Part shown: in pieces, positions 59,543 to 64,000 of the stretch | How positions within the stretch are numbered: the stretch's first letter is position 1 | How the letters are laid out: each line of letters opens with the position of its first letter | DNA from: Leptogorgia sarmentosa | Lineage: Eukaryota | Direction of reading: 5' to 3' | NCBI GenBank assembly: GCA_964658305.1 | Contig: OZ210885.1 | Span: 9,610,001 to 9,674,000 of the forward strand | Length of the DNA stretch: 64,000 bases | Translations under genes and position numbers: made by a program | Notes under the pieces: generated by a model | Database searches by the model: none | Seen by the model: the letters and a program-made list of their open reading frames with translations, nothing else | Told to the model about the DNA's origin: nothing

Positions 59543-61845
59543 ATGGGCGTATAGACAAAAAGGATCAGGTTGGACGCTGGCGCTGATCAACATTGCCATA
59601 CCTTAAATAAACTGAGCATGAAGTCGAGCATTGAGAAATAGTATACTATTCTCAATGCTCGTAATGATATGCGAACAACAAATTAAGGACAAACAAAGGT
59701 ATTATCAAGCATAATGGCATAGATTATGCGCATGAATGGGTAACAAAGCTATAAAAGGTGGAAAACGCCATAAACTCGGCTCTTGTTCAGTTACACCGTT
59801 GAGAAGCAAGTGGCGAGCGACCCACCCACCCACCCCAGAATTTGGGTGAGTCGTGCGCCGCAACTCCACGCCAAGCTTTCAGCTTGGCGTGGGGCGCTGA
59901 TCAACATTGCCATACCTTAAATAAACTGAGCATGAAGTCGAGCATTGAGAAATAGTATACTTTTTGTAAGAATTATTTCTTAAGCTTTGTCAAACTTGCA
60001 GATGGTTGAAATTTTTGTAGGTTTAAAGCAGTTTATAATATTCCAGTAATTTGACTATAAGTGCTTGGTGGCTTTTATAGTGCTACATTTATTGGATGAA
60101 ATTGATTCCGAACACACAGGTTATGCATAAGGCGTTGTTTCTATAATGTAATGATATGTTAATTCTAGGTAACATATAAATTTTTATTGAACTTGTGACA
60201 AAGGTGTGAGTTTTAGAATGCTGTCCGCACAGAAATCCATTTTGCTATATTCACTCAATTATATCTTTTGTTATTCTGTATTAAACTAGTTGAAATTTTG
60301 TAATTATGTTTCGTTATGAGAACTTTAGCCTTCACAGAAATATGGAAATGAAATAAAGTATATTATGCGAGATTTCAATTGAAAAATGGATTTGAATTTG
60401 ACAACTAGTCTCAGTCCTTTTCCGTGTATTGGGGTCATCTTGATCCTGACAATATCAGTAATTAATGTACTCATGAATATAAACTCCACATAGAAATCTC
60501 AGACAGACTTGTATGGATGGGAAAGGTATATTGCTTCAACTGGGGAATTTGAAATCAATATCAGCTTGAAGCTGGGGACATTTTGCATACTGTACAACAC
60601 TGAGCACTATATTTACACTCTTTACTTTTTTACGTTCAAAACGATGCAAGCCTAACCAAACAAGCCTAACATAGTAGATAGTTAGATACCAAAAAACACA
60701 CAGTATAAGAGTGAGATTTTTTCCATTTGTTCATTTGTGAAGACATCGATCACGTGATCCTTTCCCGCCAATAAATTTGAGTTTTTAAAATGGCGACAAT
60801 AGTCCAAGAGGCGCGAACCAATCTTCATGGTAGTTTAATAAAAAAAACTAACATGCTTTTGACGAAAAAATGAAAATATTCACCGAAAATAGTAAAATGA
60901 TGCACAGGTTATCTTTAACTTTCGATATGATGTATAATTAGCTGAACTTTTTAATTTTCAAATAATCAGTTTTACTGACTGGGGGTTATTAATATTTGCG
61001 ACTGTATAATAAAGAGTCGTAAAATATTGTTTTCGCCAGACGAATATCAAATTCATGTATTGCATCGCTGTGTAATATCTAGTATACGTATAGAGTATGA
61101 TATATCTAGAACGCAGACAACGGGCTGCACATAATAAATATTTTACCTATGTGGCTGCCTCTGTTCCTGTCTTTGACAGGGTGTATAAAGGAAAAGATTA
61201 CAACACAAATTTTTTCTAAAGAAACACGCAAAATGTACAAAAACTTTCAGTTAGCCTACGGTGTAACACCCTCGTACGTTAGCACTAAGTAAGAAATGCG
61301 TTGCTGAACGCAGTTCAAAAATTGCGGACAAAAGAGTTTTATTTTCACGATTTCAATCGGGTGTTAATAGACCAAGTGCTTTTTGAAATAGAAAGTATTA
61401 GATGCTGAGAACACACAGAATCGACACAAATTTGGTGTGGATGAAATGGGTCATGGGGATGAAGTACTCCTGTATTACAATAACAAGATATTATACACGT
61501 ATTCATAGGCTCATAGACATTTTTCGTTAAGGAACCCAGCGGGGTGCACATAGGCCCGCTAGGAGACTGGACGCCATAGGGGTTAAGATCCCCATCCGGC
61601 AATGTTAGGGGTTAATATCCCCGCTAACATTAGCCTGACCAAGGGGTTAAGATCCCCTTGGACAGTTCCTAGGAATTAATTACATTAAATAATTGAGTCT
61701 ATGGCCTGAAAGTGATCATGGGGAGCACTTCAACCCCACAAATACACGGAAAGTGTATTCCCCATAGACGAACCCATATTTTTTGTTTTTAGTTTTTCGT
61801 TTTGTTTTGTTTTGATTTGTTCAAAGAAATTTCTTACGAACTCAT

Positions 61846-62330
61846 CGGTTTTGATGAGCCATGCAGGTAGGTCTGCTTTAGCAGCCGTTGTAGCAGCACC
61901 AATCCGGTAGCCATGGCTGGCATAATTTGATGCATTCAACCCCGCCTGGTTAAGCAGCTTTCAGGTTTCAAAGGTTAGATTTTGCTTAGTAAGATGTTTT
62001 CCAGATGCAAAAATAAAGAGCGGCCCAGTTACTGTTGGACGTAGACGGGTGTAGTTTAGCATTGCTTGCACTGGACAGACTTCGGAGAATGTAGCGCCTA
62101 TTGTTATTGTAGGTATGACCCAGGCGGAATGGATCGGTCTTAGATTACTTCATAAGGACCGTCATGAATTGAGGTGTTTTGCCACCACTATTCGGTGAAA
62201 ATTTTATACATTCTCTGGTCAGGTGTATATCTGGGTTGAACTTACAGTGGCAAGTTAATTCTCCAAGACGGACGGAGAAAGCCAAAAAATGCTAATGGCA
62301 TAGCAGCCCAAACCAACTTAGAGTCAAAGG
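61846..62330 (-). pseudogene. DIRS/Ngaro-type tyrosine recombinase relic
   Basis: Minus-strand frames give LVWAAMPLAFFGFLR, SKTDPFR, CPVQAM, GPLFIF and SHGYRIGAATTAAKADLPAWLIKT (HxxRIGAAT box); frameshifted and truncated before GRW and the catalytic Tyr. Confidence 0.85.
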
Positions 62331-62613
62331 ACTGTGTAATGTAATGTGACGTATGTGTTGTAATGTAGTGTGACGTATGTGTTGTAAGGTATTGTGTTAC
62401 GTGTATGCAAATTGAGTATAAAAGTAAACGCTCCTGGACGTATTCGTATCTGGTAACTGACATCGTATCTGTTAATACTCGAAATCGTTCGTACAATCGT
62501 TCTTACTGTAGTTTATTGTAAAATACGGGGACAGAGGTATGTTATATATCACTATATATTTTATATGTCAGTGATACTTATGTGATTCGTATATGTAGTC
62601 CTGTTTAGTTGTA

Positions 62614-63199
62614 CAGGGTGTCTCAATAAAAAGGTAATCCAACTTTGGCATGCCATTGTGCGTTAATTACTGGGTGTACGAACGTGATTTTTGCATGGTC
62701 ATAAAGATCAAGGTCTTAGCAATTGAATGACATATTTCTTGTACAATATGGGAGAAAATCAGGCAAATGCGAGCGTGTTGAAAAATCTCGGTGAAAAACG
62801 CATTCTTTCACCTCTGAGAATTGCAGCTAAACTTATTCAAAATTAACTCCCTCTGGGACTCGAAGATGACGACCTTCCCTTCAACAATCGACCTGATTAT
62901 GCATAAGTATTAATAATCCTGATAAAATCTTTGTTACCATGACGCATTCGTGATGAATTGCATTTTTCTTTTGTTATGCACTGCTTTAATTAGGCACAGA
63001 GGTGAAAGAATGCGTTTCTTACCGAGATTTTTCAACACGCTCGCATTTGCCTGATTTTCTTCCATATCGTACAAGAAATATGTCATTCAACTGTTAAGAC
63101 CTTGATCTTTATGACCATGCAAAAATCACGTTCGTACACCCAGTAATTAACGCACAATGGCATGCCAAAGTTCGATTACCTTTTTTTTGAGACACCCTG
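62614..63199. mobile_element. Tc1/mariner-type MITE with ~200-bp TIRs
   Basis: TA-cagggtgtctcaa ... ttgagacaccctg-TA; long inverted arms. Confidence 0.9.
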
Positions 63200-64000
63200 T
63201 ATATGTATTTAAATGTTGTTTGCTTATCTGTAGTTTTTACGTGTCGACCAATTATATATTAAATCAAACACAAAACGTCGATTGTCGATTCAGTATGGAA
63301 CTCGTCCTTATCGCCAGATATACGCTACAGACTGTGTGAACATAACGCCGAGCAACATTTGAAATAGGTTAAGGTGGTTAATTGTTATGGGTAGCCGCAA
63401 CCGGAGTTGTTGTCCCTGTGAGCGTTTTATCCCTCTGAGAACAAGCTGTAAGCGTAGCATTTTGTTCAAGTTTAACTCAATACCACGGCGAATGCGGAAG
63501 TGAAGATGGTGATCATTATGTGATGGTCATATGTAATGTATATGATCATGAATTTGCTCATCAAAGCAGTCCCGACTCGACTAGTACTGTTGTTGCGTGA
63601 ATTTTGGTCATTATACTATACGGACTGTTCAGCGTTGACATATTTGTACATACCTTAAACCAGACCTTAAATCGTTGTTACTAAAACATATACGAAACTA
63701 TTCGAATAGCAGGAAATAGATTCGAATTGCTGCCATATAATTATAGCAGATCCCGGACAAAGTTAAAACATTAACCTTATGAAATCTGTTTTATTCGGCA
63801 GCTATTCAGCCAGATCTTAACCCCATTCTAGTTTCCTATTGCCGATAAACCTCAGTCCTAGCATGAAATGTAATTTTCCAAGTCAAAAACATACGCGAAT
63901 CTCGGCTTCAATTTTATCCATTCACGATCGTTCCAGATTTCACGTAGGTATTGGACAGGTTTTTGTGCACGGATGTCATCAGCAGATTATTAATATAAAT

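Larger units (their letters stand above)
57212..59961. mobile_element. Non-autonomous split-direct-repeat element (Ngaro/PAT-like architecture A1...B1-A2-B2)
   Basis: A1 57212-57382 = A2 59646-59816 (171 bp, one mismatch seen); B1 59579-59647 = B2 59893-59961 (69 bp); no RT, RNase H or YR recognised inside. Confidence 0.75.

Noticed and set aside
55340..60450. Diverged inverted pair (~55340-55580 vs ~60230-60450) as TIRs of a large element enclosing the split-repeat element
   Set aside because: The pair is clearly diverged, has no TSD and brackets a host exon; more likely two old copies of a dispersed repeat.
60470..61460. Additional upstream exons of the WD40 gene
   Set aside because: Candidate acceptors exist, but the frames hit stops and show no WD40 motif; not supportable.

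Overview
AT-rich, intron-containing eukaryotic DNA from an invertebrate animal; the repeat families look cnidarian, which is inference only. Five zones. (1) 1-17667 is a ~17.7-kb imperfect palindrome. Its arms carry two head-to-head, 5'-truncated copies of a Hook-family gene, and its axis is a ~400-bp spacer with a GAA-loop hairpin, decamer repeats and an OTU-protease fragment. The arms differ by transposon insertions. (2) ~18750-32000 is a mosaic cluster of about 35-40 tRNA genes and pseudogenes built by shuffled inverted duplications, including a Val-body tRNA with a CAT anticodon. (3) 34929-43825 is a spliced type-I membrane receptor gene (signal peptide, YWTD-like propeller, 3 EGF, TM, Tyr-motif tail). 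Two homologous exons in it must be mutually exclusive by reading-frame arithmetic. (4) 44000-53400 holds palindromes, MITE/SINE relics and an intact APE-RT non-LTR retrotransposon ORF. (5) 54500-63200 holds 3' exons of a WD40 gene on the minus strand, a non-autonomous split-direct-repeat (Ngaro/PAT-like) element carrying a higher-order tandem array, a DIRS-type tyrosine-recombinase relic and a Tc1/mariner MITE. All family assignments come from motif recognition by eye; no database search was run.
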